The position numbers were made by a program, and so were the translations under genes. From positions 768,001 through 832,000 of the forward strand of contig CAWBCJ010000029.1 in the NCBI GenBank assembly GCA_963787255.1: a stretch of 64,000 bases of DNA, given 5' to 3'. Numbering within the stretch: the stretch's first letter is position 1; each line of letters opens with the position of its first letter. This document shows, piece by piece, positions 1 through 9,636 of the stretch. This stretch comes from Methanobacteriota archaeon. Lineage in GTDB: Archaea; Methanobacteriota; Methanobacteria; Methanobacteriales; Methanobacteriaceae. Under the pieces are notes generated by a model, which worked only from the letters and a program-made list of their open reading frames with translations, did not search any database and was not told where the DNA came from.

Positions 1-581
1 GTTTTTAAAATATAAAGTAAATTGGGTGTTGGATCACCGCCTACAAAATTCACGTTCCGTGAACCTTCTATTCTCCGTCTATCAATAACTTTCGCGAGAT
101 TTTCTTCACTTGTTTCAATTCCAGAATCTGGAAATTGACTTATGTCAAAGTTCTGGCAGTAAATGCACTCAAAGTTGCAGCCAGTAAAGAAAATGGTGTG
201 GCTGGGTACAAGTGGAGCTTCTTCACCCATGTGCACAAATTCAGATGCTATTTTTGGCTTTAAAACATTGCAATATCCTTTTTTGGTGTTTCTATTAACA
301 TAACATCTTTTTTCACAAAAATAACAGTTTTCAAAAATTATTTCGGCTATTTTAACCTTTAAATCAAGATAGGAAAAATCAGGCTGTTTAACTTTATTAA
401 ACTTAGATTTATCATATTTTTCATTCAAATATGCCCTTAAATACTCATGTTCATCCCAAATAGAATTAATATCATTTTTTTTGGCTGCAGTCATTCCCAT
501 AGCTACTTTTGACCTCGACAACCTCTTATTTAACATTATTTCCAAATAACTGGACAATTCCTTTTCTATATTTTTATCCAT
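1..581 (-). CDS. PflX-like radical SAM protein (pyruvate formate-lyase activating-related), 3' end outside window
   Basis: Own translation from ATG 581: MDKNIEKELS...CYFCEKRC...HMGEEAPLVPSHTIFFTGCNFECIYCQNFDISQ...NFVGGDPTP; CxxxCxxC motif; not in ORF track. Confidence 0.85.
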   Translation of the reverse strand, partial: MDKNIEKELSSYLEIMLNKRLSRSKVAMGMTAAKKNDINSIWDEHEYLRAYLNEKYDKSKFNKVKQPDFSYLDLKVKIAEIIFENCYFCEKRCYVNRNTKKGYCNVLKPKIASEFVHMGEEAPLVPSHTIFFTGCNFECIYCQNFDISQFPDSGIETSEENLAKVIDRRRIEGSRNVNFVGGDPTPNLLYILK

Positions 582-644
582 TAATCTTTTTTTATATTGT
601 TCGTGTGTATTTATGTTTGGTGAAAGTCAAAAATATTAATAATA

Positions 645-962
645 TTGTACATAAGTAATAAAATGATTATTATGACGGAACAATTTGAGGAAATAAAAAA
701 TGCATTTCAGGGTAATTGTGGCGAATGCAGATTAATTGACCAAAAAATAGCCATAATAGTTGAATTTAAAGACAAGAAAGATGCTGAATGGTTTGAAAAT
801 AATATTGTATATCCTGAAGGCACTATGGAAAAATCTCCGATAAAACATGTAATGAAAATGTCTGAAGAATCTAAAAAATTTGCTAAACCCTTTTTTAGTT
901 ATACATACACATTTGAAGTCAAAAATAAAGATCAATTAATGGATAAACTGAATAAAAAATAG
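645..962 (+). CDS. hypothetical protein (start probably ATG 672)
   Basis: 105-aa ORF with a CxxC near the N-terminus; no recognised family. Confidence 0.55.
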   Translation: MYISNKMIIMTEQFEEIKNAFQGNCGECRLIDQKIAIIVEFKDKKDAEWFENNIVYPEGTMEKSPIKHVMKMSEESKKFAKPFFSYTYTFEVKNKDQLMDKLNKK

Positions 963-978
963 TAATAGCAGCTAAGAT

Positions 979-1350
979 GTGATATTCTTGCCAAAAGAAG
1001 GATGGAAAAAATTGCCAAGAATAGAATTGGTGCCAATACCTGAAAATGTACATGTACCTAAAGATATACCTGTTTCTAAAATCCGTATTCCTTCAACATA
1101 TACTGAAGGAGACGTTGAATATGAGGATGGGGAAGGTAACCATGTAAATGAGAGCGAAGCTACTCATTTGAGATTTACCGGAATAGATAGGAGATCAGAT
1201 ATAGTTGTAGGTCCTTTAAATCCTCGAGGAATGATTAAATTAAACCTTTATCTTAATGACAAAGAAATACCAGTAGTGAAGGAAAAAGCATCACATAGTA
1301 AAAATAGGATACTTACTGAAGATTACAGACCACTAAGAAATCATGAATGA
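979..1350 (+). CDS. hypothetical protein
   Basis: 123-aa ORF in tandem with the previous one; no recognised family. Confidence 0.55.
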   Translation: MIFLPKEGWKKLPRIELVPIPENVHVPKDIPVSKIRIPSTYTEGDVEYEDGEGNHVNESEATHLRFTGIDRRSDIVVGPLNPRGMIKLNLYLNDKEIPVVKEKASHSKNRILTEDYRPLRNHE

Positions 1351-1457
1351 TCTAAATTAGTGCTTAAATTGCCTAAAAAGACAAAAGTTAAGGCAAGACA
1401 TACTTCTTCTTTTTTATTTACTAAAAGTTTAGTAAATAAAAAAAAATTTAGAGTAAA

Positions 1458-2774
1458 TTACCCAACAACCCTTAAAGAAGGCGCTAAAATACGTGGAATA
1501 ACAAAGGGCCCCAGTTGCCTTGTTTCTCCTGAAATTCCGGATATTGCCTTCATGATGTTAAATATATTACCAGACAACATTGCCTTTTTAACTGGTTTAA
1601 CTATTTCTCCATTTTCTATTTTAAATGCATTGTTTGCTTCTACTGAAAAATCACCTGAAATTGGGTTAGCTGTATGCGCTCCTAAAACATCTGTAGCAAT
1701 TATACCTTCTTTTATGTCTGAAATATCCATAAGATCGTCAAATTCAAAGATAAAATTACTTAAGCCAACTGCGGGCATGTCTGCAAATGAGGAACGCATT
1801 CCGTTACCTGTGCTTTTAGTATTCCCTTTTTTAGATGTATATATGTCATAGATGAAGTTTTTAAGGACTCCATTTTCAATAAGCGTTGTTTTTTGGCTTT
1901 TTGTTCCTTCCCCGTCGCTTATTGAAGAACCTAAACCTCCTTCATATGTTCCATCATCATAAATACTTAAAGAGCTGGAAATTACTTCGTTTCCAATTTC
2001 ATTTGCATAAATAGATCTTCCCCTTTGAACGTTATCCGCGTTAAAAGCGTTGATAAATGAACCCAAAAGTCCTGCTGCTGCCCTATAATCCAGAACAACT
2101 GCCATATCTTTAGTTTCAACTGATTTACCATTCAGTGATTTTTTTGCAATGTCGCTGGCGTTAAAAGCAATCCAGTCAGGGTTAATATCAAATGATCTTG
2201 ACGAATCACCTTCATAAGCAGTGGACATTACTCCATCTGCCTCTGCATTAACTGCAATAAAACCAGAAAAGGAAGATGATTTATCGTTACATTCTACTCC
2301 TTTTGAATTTAAAATAAGGCTTTTATAACATCCTGCAGAAAATCCTCCTGAAGTTGGTTCGCATTTCTCCTCTTCAACCACACTTATCATGGTTTTGGCA
2401 AATTTAATAGAGTCTTCAATGGCCATTGTTTCGATCTTTTTATCGTAGAGGCCTTTAACTGTACTATATTTAGTTTCTTCTGCAAAATCGAAGTAATTAT
2501 CTGCAATGTTAGATTTTGCATTGAATATGGCGTTTTTCACGGTTTCATTAATTTTATCGGTGTTTGTGGTGTATGAAAACCCCATTTTACCCTCTAAAAT
2601 TACTCTTATTCCTATTCCGTATGTAAATTCTTCTTTTGCAAATTTTACTTCATTATTTTGAATATCAACATCTATACTATTTTCTTTTTCCATATAGACT
2701 TCAGCATAATCAGAATTTTTTAAAGCAAGATTCAAAGCATTTTCTGCAAGATCTATCACATTTAAAACCTCCAT
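1458..2774 (-). CDS. TldD/PmbA family protein (PmbA/TldE-like)
   Basis: GIRVILEGKMGFSYT, DGEGT..LIENGVLK, HTANPISGDFS motifs; lacks the TldD HExxxH. Confidence 0.9.
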   Translation of the reverse strand: MEVLNVIDLAENALNLALKNSDYAEVYMEKENSIDVDIQNNEVKFAKEEFTYGIGIRVILEGKMGFSYTTNTDKINETVKNAIFNAKSNIADNYFDFAEETKYSTVKGLYDKKIETMAIEDSIKFAKTMISVVEEEKCEPTSGGFSAGCYKSLILNSKGVECNDKSSSFSGFIAVNAEADGVMSTAYEGDSSRSFDINPDWIAFNASDIAKKSLNGKSVETKDMAVVLDYRAAAGLLGSFINAFNADNVQRGRSIYANEIGNEVISSSLSIYDDGTYEGGLGSSISDGEGTKSQKTTLIENGVLKNFIYDIYTSKKGNTKSTGNGMRSSFADMPAVGLSNFIFEFDDLMDISDIKEGIIATDVLGAHTANPISGDFSVEANNAFKIENGEIVKPVKKAMLSGNIFNIMKAISGISGETRQLGPFVIPRILAPSLRVVG

Positions 2775-2792
2775 TTCAAATATACTCTGCTA

Positions 2793-3464
2793 TTATTTCT
2801 TGTTAAGAATGAATTTCTCAATTGCTTCTGCAGTTCCATCGCCGTATGGTTTGCGAGTTACATAGTCAGTATTTTCTTTAAGCTCTTCATCTGCATTGGC
2901 AACAGCTACTTTAAACCCTGCAACTTCAAGGAACTCCGAATCGTTTTCGCTGTCTCCAACGGCCATTATTTCATCGAGGGTGATGCCCATATCCTTAGCA
3001 ACGATTTCTAGTGACTTTCCCTTGTTAACTTTAGGGTCTGTAAGGTGTAATGCAAATTTCGTGTCATAAACTTCAACATCAAAGTCTTTCACAGTTTTCT
3101 TTACGGTATTCACATCAATCGTTCTTCTTATAGCAATTTCAGACATTCTGAGGTCTGAAAATTCAACTTTTTCCACGTCATATTTTGATTTCAGGAATTC
3201 ATAGGCAGGTTTGCATTTTTTGATGTTTCCAATAATTTGATTTTTTTTACGTGTTTGTATAACTCCACCATTTTCACCAACAATTCCACCGGATGTACCT
3301 ACCATTATTGCCACCATCTTGGCTGCGCAGAGTATATTTCCGGTCACTAAAATGATAGGGTAACCATTAATTTCCGCTTTTCTGATGACATTAATTGCAT
3401 TTACACATATTTTTCTATTTTTATCGGTGATTGTACCGTCTATGTCTACAGCAATTGCTTTCAT
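2793..3464 (-). CDS. phosphoglycolate phosphatase, archaeal SPP-like HAD hydrolase
   Basis: DIDGTIT motif I, GDSEND motif; start moved to ATG 3464 downstream of a GGAG RBS. Confidence 0.88.
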   Translation of the reverse strand: MKAIAVDIDGTITDKNRKICVNAINVIRKAEINGYPIILVTGNILCAAKMVAIMVGTSGGIVGENGGVIQTRKKNQIIGNIKKCKPAYEFLKSKYDVEKVEFSDLRMSEIAIRRTIDVNTVKKTVKDFDVEVYDTKFALHLTDPKVNKGKSLEIVAKDMGITLDEIMAVGDSENDSEFLEVAGFKVAVANADEELKENTDYVTRKPYGDGTAEAIEKFILNKK

Positions 3465-3588
3465 TATATACTTTACTCCAATCTTTTCATTTTGAAACAA
3501 ATTATGATAGTTGAATTATGAATAAAATAACTTGTCTACCTGTATATTTCTGATTTTCATACAATAGCTTTCAATTTGTAAAGCCCCA

Positions 3589-4638
3589 TTAGAATGTTGA
3601 TCCATATCTAAATGCAATATTACATGTTCCTTCTTTACTGACCATACACGCACCAATTGGGTTCATAGGGTTACATTGTGTTTTAAATAGGGTACATTCT
3701 TCTGGTCTTGCCACTCCCCGTAAAATTGGGCCGCATATACAACCTGTTGGAACTTTTTCACCCTGTACGACCTGAATATCAAACCTCTCTCGGGCATTAG
3801 CATTTGAAAATTCGTCCCTTATTTCATAGGTGGAATTTGGAATTTCAGGAAAACCTCTCCATTCTTTATCTTTGATGTAAAAGACTTCATCCATGAGTTC
3901 CTGCGCTTTTAAGTTACCTTCTTCTCTTACAGCTCGCTTATATTCGTTTTGGACTTCTGCTTTTCCTTCATCAAGCTGTTTTAATATCATATAAATTCCT
4001 ATTAGTATATCAAATGGATTAAAACCGGCAACAACCTGAGGAATTCCATATTTTTCCGAAAATTCATTATAGGGGTGTGTTCCTATTATTGTTGATACAT
4101 GACCCGGTTCTATGAGGGCGTTAAGATTAACTTCGCCCGATTCAATTAAGAATTTCAAAGCTGGGGGAATTAGACGGTGACATGATAAAAATGATAAATT
4201 GTTTGGAGGGCCAGAAACTATTTCAGATGCTGTTGTGGGTGCAGTGGTTTCAAAACCTGCAGCCATGAATACTACCTCGTTATCAATTTTTTCTGCTATT
4301 TCCACGGCATTGTTAACTCCATAAACTATCCTTACATCTGCACCATCAGCTTTGGCATCGGCAAGTGTTCCTGTTGTTCCAGGAACCCTTAACATGTCCC
4401 CAAAAGTTGCAATAGTAACGCCTTCCCGGGCAAGATAAAGACATTCATCTACTTCTATGGAAGGAACGCAACAGACAGGGCAACCGGGGCCCGCAACTAC
4501 TTCAACTTCCTTTGGAATTAATGATCTTATTCCGTACTGCATTATGGTATGCTCGTGAGATCCACACACATGCATGATTTTAACTGGCCTTCTGATATTT
4601 TCAATGCGTTTTACTATTTCCTTGGATAGATTTTTCAT
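3589..4638 (-). CDS. hypD: hydrogenase maturation protein HypD
   Basis: HVCGSHEH, GPGCPVC, GFETT, PGHVS motifs and C-terminal Fe-S cysteines. Confidence 0.97.
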   Translation of the reverse strand: MKNLSKEIVKRIENIRRPVKIMHVCGSHEHTIMQYGIRSLIPKEVEVVAGPGCPVCCVPSIEVDECLYLAREGVTIATFGDMLRVPGTTGTLADAKADGADVRIVYGVNNAVEIAEKIDNEVVFMAAGFETTAPTTASEIVSGPPNNLSFLSCHRLIPPALKFLIESGEVNLNALIEPGHVSTIIGTHPYNEFSEKYGIPQVVAGFNPFDILIGIYMILKQLDEGKAEVQNEYKRAVREEGNLKAQELMDEVFYIKDKEWRGFPEIPNSTYEIRDEFSNANARERFDIQVVQGEKVPTGCICGPILRGVARPEECTLFKTQCNPMNPIGACMVSKEGTCNIAFRYGSTF

Positions 4639-5298
4639 GTTAACACCTTGATTTATTTTGTTTCATTGTAATATTTGCTAAATACCTTTTTATTATGAAT
4701 TTAATGATTTAATATCCTTTATATTGTATTTAAAATTATTTTTTAGTTTATGAATTTAAATTTAATTATTCATTTTATTAATTTTATAATTTGTCAATAC
4801 ATTGTTATATAATTGATTCCGTAGTGTATAATGGGGGTTTAATTTGGAATTAATTCATTTTTTAATGAATATTAAGCGTTTATAACTTAAAAAAGTGAAA
4901 ATTTTAGTTTTATATATATTTGAATTTCAAAATTTGAAATAGGTTTATAAGCATTGAAAATATATGGTTTTAAAAATTAACATTCCTTTGACTAATGGAG
5001 ATTTCTATAAAATTGTAATACTATAAAAAAATTTATTATTATTGAAGACAATAATAGTATAACAGGGTTGTATGGCTTTTACAGTAATTAATGATGAAAA
5101 ATCAGTAAATGAATATATAATAACTTGATTATGTAATAAAAATACATAATTTTTTATTATATTGCCTATAAATCACCACAAATTGGTGGAATTTAGGTGA
5201 ATTCAAGCGTTACAGTTAAATATCTTTATTATAAATCTATTTTAAAAGCCTTTATTATAATAATCATAGCAACCTTTAAGATATAATCGGTAGGTAAT

Positions 5299-8097
5299 AT
5301 GAAAATTGCAGTGGTCGGATTGGGAACAGAAGGTAAGAATGCTGTAAAATCCCTTATTAATCATGGATATAAAGTTTATGCTTCTGATATGCAAAAAAAT
5401 GTAGAATTAAACCATAACACGGCTTTAGATGTTGATCTTGGCTACCATGATTATGATAAAATTGATTCTGCAGACGCAGTAGTAGTAAGTCCCAGTTTAT
5501 GGAGCAGTAAAATTGGGAAAAAAATAAGATCCAATAAAAAAGCTTTATCTGACATTATAGCAGATCATAAGTCTGTTTTTACAATAGGAATAACTGGAAC
5601 CAACGGTAAAACAACTACTTGCTACATGATTAAAGAAATACTTGAAAAGGCAGGTTTAAATGTCCTCGTTGGTGGAAATGCAGGTGGAGGGTTCGATGGA
5701 TATACGAAACTCATTCTGGAAACTTCTAATCAAAAATATGACGTTATGGTAGTAGAAGTATGTGACATGACCCTTGAATTCTGCTCTTATGCATTTGACT
5801 TTGACCTCGTAGTTGTAACAAATATAGGCCAAGACCATATGGACTATCATAATTCACTTGAAAATTACAAAAATTCTTTATCCAATTTTTTAAAGGGAAA
5901 AACAGCGATATTAAACGGTGAAGACGAACTTTTAACCCAAATTAAAGAATATCCCTCTGAAACGGTATTTTTTGGAAATACGGAAGAAAAACTTAATTTA
6001 TTCGGCAAATTTAACCTGCAAAATGCTGCAGCAGCAGAAAAAGTTGCACAATTTTTAGACATATCCCAATATGACATTCAAAAAGCACTGGAAGAATTTA
6101 AAGGCGTTAAAGGAAGAACTACAACTTTAAATATTTCAGGGTGCGACATCATTGTGGGCAAAACTGACAATATTGACGCAGCAGAAGCAGTCCTTAACGA
6201 ATTAGATTTTGACGTAATTATAATTGGCACACCTAGAGAAAATGAAACATGCCGATTTGAAATATTAACGGAAGTAGCTAGATCTAATCCAAAAATAGTG
6301 GTTCTATTTCCAGGATTGGAAGATACAACAGATATAGCATTTGAAAAATTAATAAGCGAGGGCTATGATGGAGATATCAAAATAATGGAAAGCACTGCAG
6401 ATATCATAGATTTTACAATGGAATGCAGCGAAAAGTATGAAGATATATTCATTGGGGGAAATGGTCAAGAAAAACTAATAAAAATACAGGAAACATTACA
6501 GTGGTTAACAAAGGATGATATCGTGATTACGGGTAAAAATGTACTGATAATAGGCGCCGGAAATGCAGGAAGACCTGCAGCAGACCTTTTAAACTATTTA
6601 GGCAATGATGTTATTATTTCTGATATTAAAGAGTTCACCCAACTACCCAAAAAAGCACAGAAAAAAATTGAAACCTTAAAAGCAAAGGGTATTGCTGTAG
6701 AACTAGGTACTCACATGAATGAGCACGCAATGTGGGCTGATGTGGTTTTTATCTCACCTAACGTCCCTAAAAATTCTGAAATTCGAAATTTCATTTATAA
6801 ATGCGAAGAAAACTATGAAATCAAGGAAATCGGTACTGAAGACATTGGAAGGATGATAAATTCCCTTATAAATATTCCAATGATTGGTATTGCCGGAACT
6901 GACGGTAAAACCACCACCACCAACATGACTAATTATACATTAGCTGATAAATATAAGACCCTAATTTTCTCATCCCTCCAGAATTCTCTTGTTATTGAAG
7001 GTCTGGTTGACTTAATTGTGGAAAATGGAACTGGAAGCACAGATTTCGCTGTTTTTGAACTTCCTCATGGTACTATAAGGATGGTAAACGGACTTGAAGT
7101 CTGCGTAGGAATTTTAACTAATCTCACGCCAGATCACATGGATGAATTTAACACTTACGAAGAATATGTGGAAAGAAATGTTGCTATAAAAGATTTACTC
7201 CATGAAAATGGGGTTTTAATTGCAAACGGCGACGATCCCATTATCAGTAGATTGGCCCCTAAATTTGAAAAAGAAGTGATTTACTACGGGTTCGATGAAC
7301 CTCGAGAAATAATAAATGAAGGTAAAACTTACGCTCATAAACATAATATTGAATACTCAATTTTAGCAGAAGATATGGAACTTAAAGGACTTTATGGCTC
7401 AGAATTCACCATTAAAACAGGAAAAATACCTACCGTAGTCTGTAAAAACTGCGGTAAAATGTGCTGCAGCTGTAATAACTTTAAAAGAAAGTATATAGAA
7501 CCAATAAATATGAGAATAAATCTTAAAGTGCCGGGTTCATGCAACATAGAAAATGCAATGGCCACATTCGCTGCAGATCTGGCTCTTGACTTTGATCCAG
7601 AATACATTAAAGACAAAATTGAAAAATTCCCTGGTGTAAACGGTAGATTTGAAAAAATTGACACTGTAGATCATGTCAACGTATTCATGGACGCAGCACA
7701 CAATCCAGAGGCCATGGAACGTCTTCTGGACGGCTTGAACCTTGAAGAAAGACTAATAATATCTGTAGATAATCCTGACACCCTTACTGTACGTGATAAA
7801 TTTAAAATCGGCAGCATACTTGGAAAATATGCAGACGTGCTTATTGCAAGTGCAAAGAACGAAACCACAGAAGAAATAGATTTTGATGCTGCAAAAACAG
7901 TAATTGAGGGTGCAAGTAATTTAGAATCATATCAGACTATCAACGTAGCAGAGTCAATTTTAAAGGCATTGAAAATTGCAAATAAAGGGGATACTGTAAT
8001 TCATATAGGTCCCGGAGTTGTAAACGCATACGAAAATGTGAAATCAGGGATATATGATGGTATAGAAGCTTATAAAAAGCTTAAACCCTCAAGTTAA
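5299..8097 (+). CDS. fused tandem Mur-type peptide ligase (pseudomurein biosynthesis), two complete ligase modules
   Basis: Two Rossmann N-domains (VVGLGTEG, IIGAGNAG), two P-loops (GTNGKTTT, GTDGKTTT), two TN..DH motifs, DAAHNP in the second module. Confidence 0.88.
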   Translation: MKIAVVGLGTEGKNAVKSLINHGYKVYASDMQKNVELNHNTALDVDLGYHDYDKIDSADAVVVSPSLWSSKIGKKIRSNKKALSDIIADHKSVFTIGITGTNGKTTTCYMIKEILEKAGLNVLVGGNAGGGFDGYTKLILETSNQKYDVMVVEVCDMTLEFCSYAFDFDLVVVTNIGQDHMDYHNSLENYKNSLSNFLKGKTAILNGEDELLTQIKEYPSETVFFGNTEEKLNLFGKFNLQNAAAAEKVAQFLDISQYDIQKALEEFKGVKGRTTTLNISGCDIIVGKTDNIDAAEAVLNELDFDVIIIGTPRENETCRFEILTEVARSNPKIVVLFPGLEDTTDIAFEKLISEGYDGDIKIMESTADIIDFTMECSEKYEDIFIGGNGQEKLIKIQETLQWLTKDDIVITGKNVLIIGAGNAGRPAADLLNYLGNDVIISDIKEFTQLPKKAQKKIETLKAKGIAVELGTHMNEHAMWADVVFISPNVPKNSEIRNFIYKCEENYEIKEIGTEDIGRMINSLINIPMIGIAGTDGKTTTTNMTNYTLADKYKTLIFSSLQNSLVIEGLVDLIVENGTGSTDFAVFELPHGTIRMVNGLEVCVGILTNLTPDHMDEFNTYEEYVERNVAIKDLLHENGVLIANGDDPIISRLAPKFEKEVIYYGFDEPREIINEGKTYAHKHNIEYSILAEDMELKGLYGSEFTIKTGKIPTVVCKNCGKMCCSCNNFKRKYIEPINMRINLKVPGSCNIENAMATFAADLALDFDPEYIKDKIEKFPGVNGRFEKIDTVDHVNVFMDAAHNPEAMERLLDGLNLEERLIISVDNPDTLTVRDKFKIGSILGKYADVLIASAKNETTEEIDFDAAKTVIEGASNLESYQTINVAESILKALKIANKGDTVIHIGPGVVNAYENVKSGIYDGIEAYKKLKPSS

Positions 8098-8118
8098 CAG
8101 AAAAACGGATTTATTTTT

Positions 8119-9636
8119 ATGAAGGTGCAAGGATCCAAAATCGTAGTTATTGGTGGTTGTGGGACTGTTGGCAGTTTAATGGCCAGAATTTTAAAGGATA
8201 ACGGTGCAGATGTAACAGTATCTGACCTTTCAACCCAAAGCCCGCAAATAAAGATACTTAAAAAAGAAGGAATAAAACTTAATCTTGGTGAACACGACGA
8301 AGAACTCTTAAAGAATGCTGATATAATTGCGGTGGCTCCAAGCTTACTTAAAAACCCTAAATTAATGGAAAGAATAAAAAATTCCACAAATTCAGATATA
8401 ATAAGTGTAGACGAAATTTTAAAATTTTGTGACGTTAATAAACCTGTTGTAGGAATAACAGGTACCAATGGGAAGACCACTACCACATGGATGCTTAAAA
8501 ACATCCTAAAACATGCAGGACGTAAAGTTCCAGAACATGGAATGGATATACAAGGTAATACGGACTTAATTCCATCATTACAAGCTAGACTAGATGGTAA
8601 TACTGCTGTTTTGGAGATAGGCACTTTTGGTAATCCTAACGAGATAAAAAAATCTGCAGTAAACTCTAAAGTTAGTATAGGAATTATAACTAACATATCC
8701 AAAGATCATTTAACTAATTCAGGGAAATTTTCAGATTATATTAAGTGCAAAAGCGAGATGGTTGAAGCAGCGGATATATTAATTTTTAATGCAGATGATC
8801 CAGTGATTGCATGCTTTGAATTAGGTAAAAAGCCAGATAATAGCTTATTTTATGGTATAGAGCATGTAAATTTTGATGTTGAAGCTTACCCTGAAAAAAG
8901 GAGATGTCCACTTTGTAGTATAGATCTTGAATATTCAATTCATTATCTAGGCCATCTTGGTGTTTATGAATGTTCCTGTGGATTTAAAAGGCCAAATACT
9001 CATGTAAAAGCTTATGATATTCATGATGATGAATTTATCCTGGCTATTGGCTCCAAAGAGGCAAGAATCAAATTAAAAAATAGAGGAATTCATAATGTTT
9101 ATAATTCACTTGCAGCGGCATGCGGAGCAATGGCATTAAATGTCGATTTTGAAGATATAGTAAAGGGTATTGAAAGTTTTGAGGGAGTAAAAGGTAGATT
9201 CCAAGAAATAGATATTGGAAACAGGGTTATAATAGATTATGCCCATAATCCTGCAGGTGTTAGGGCTATAATTCAGACTATGACTTTAGAAAAGCCAGAA
9301 AATTCAAGATTAATTGTTGTAAATACGATATCTTCTGAAAGCGGAATTGATGGAGATATGGAAATAGCAAAAATATTAAAAGATGTAGATATTATAATAG
9401 TAGCATCAAATGCAAGTAGAATTATTTTGAAAGAGATGAATGTTGATAGTCAAGTTATATTCACTGAATCAAGCAAAAAGAGCTCTAAAAATGGGACTTT
9501 AGGTGCAAGTAAGGAGCAAGTTGAAGAAAGCATAATTAAGGCCATTTCTATAGCTCAAAAAGATGATATCATACTGGTAATAGGGGAAGGAGGAGTGAGA
9601 TATTCTACCGAAATACTTGAAAAATTCGAAAATTAG
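8119..9636 (+). CDS. Mur-type peptide ligase (MurC-like, pseudomurein) with Cys-rich insertion
   Basis: IGGCGTVGS, GTNGKTTT, TNISKDH, DYAHNP; CPLC...CSCG zinc-finger-like insert. Confidence 0.9.
   Translation: MKVQGSKIVVIGGCGTVGSLMARILKDNGADVTVSDLSTQSPQIKILKKEGIKLNLGEHDEELLKNADIIAVAPSLLKNPKLMERIKNSTNSDIISVDEILKFCDVNKPVVGITGTNGKTTTTWMLKNILKHAGRKVPEHGMDIQGNTDLIPSLQARLDGNTAVLEIGTFGNPNEIKKSAVNSKVSIGIITNISKDHLTNSGKFSDYIKCKSEMVEAADILIFNADDPVIACFELGKKPDNSLFYGIEHVNFDVEAYPEKRRCPLCSIDLEYSIHYLGHLGVYECSCGFKRPNTHVKAYDIHDDEFILAIGSKEARIKLKNRGIHNVYNSLAAACGAMALNVDFEDIVKGIESFEGVKGRFQEIDIGNRVIIDYAHNPAGVRAIIQTMTLEKPENSRLIVVNTISSESGIDGDMEIAKILKDVDIIIVASNASRIILKEMNVDSQVIFTESSKKSSKNGTLGASKEQVEESIIKAISIAQKDDIILVIGEGGVRYSTEILEKFEN

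Noticed and set aside
1360-1851. 163-aa + strand ORF
   Set aside because: Antisense shadow of pmbA with no family features
8094-8702. 202-aa - strand ORF
   Set aside because: Antisense shadow of the Mur ligase gene
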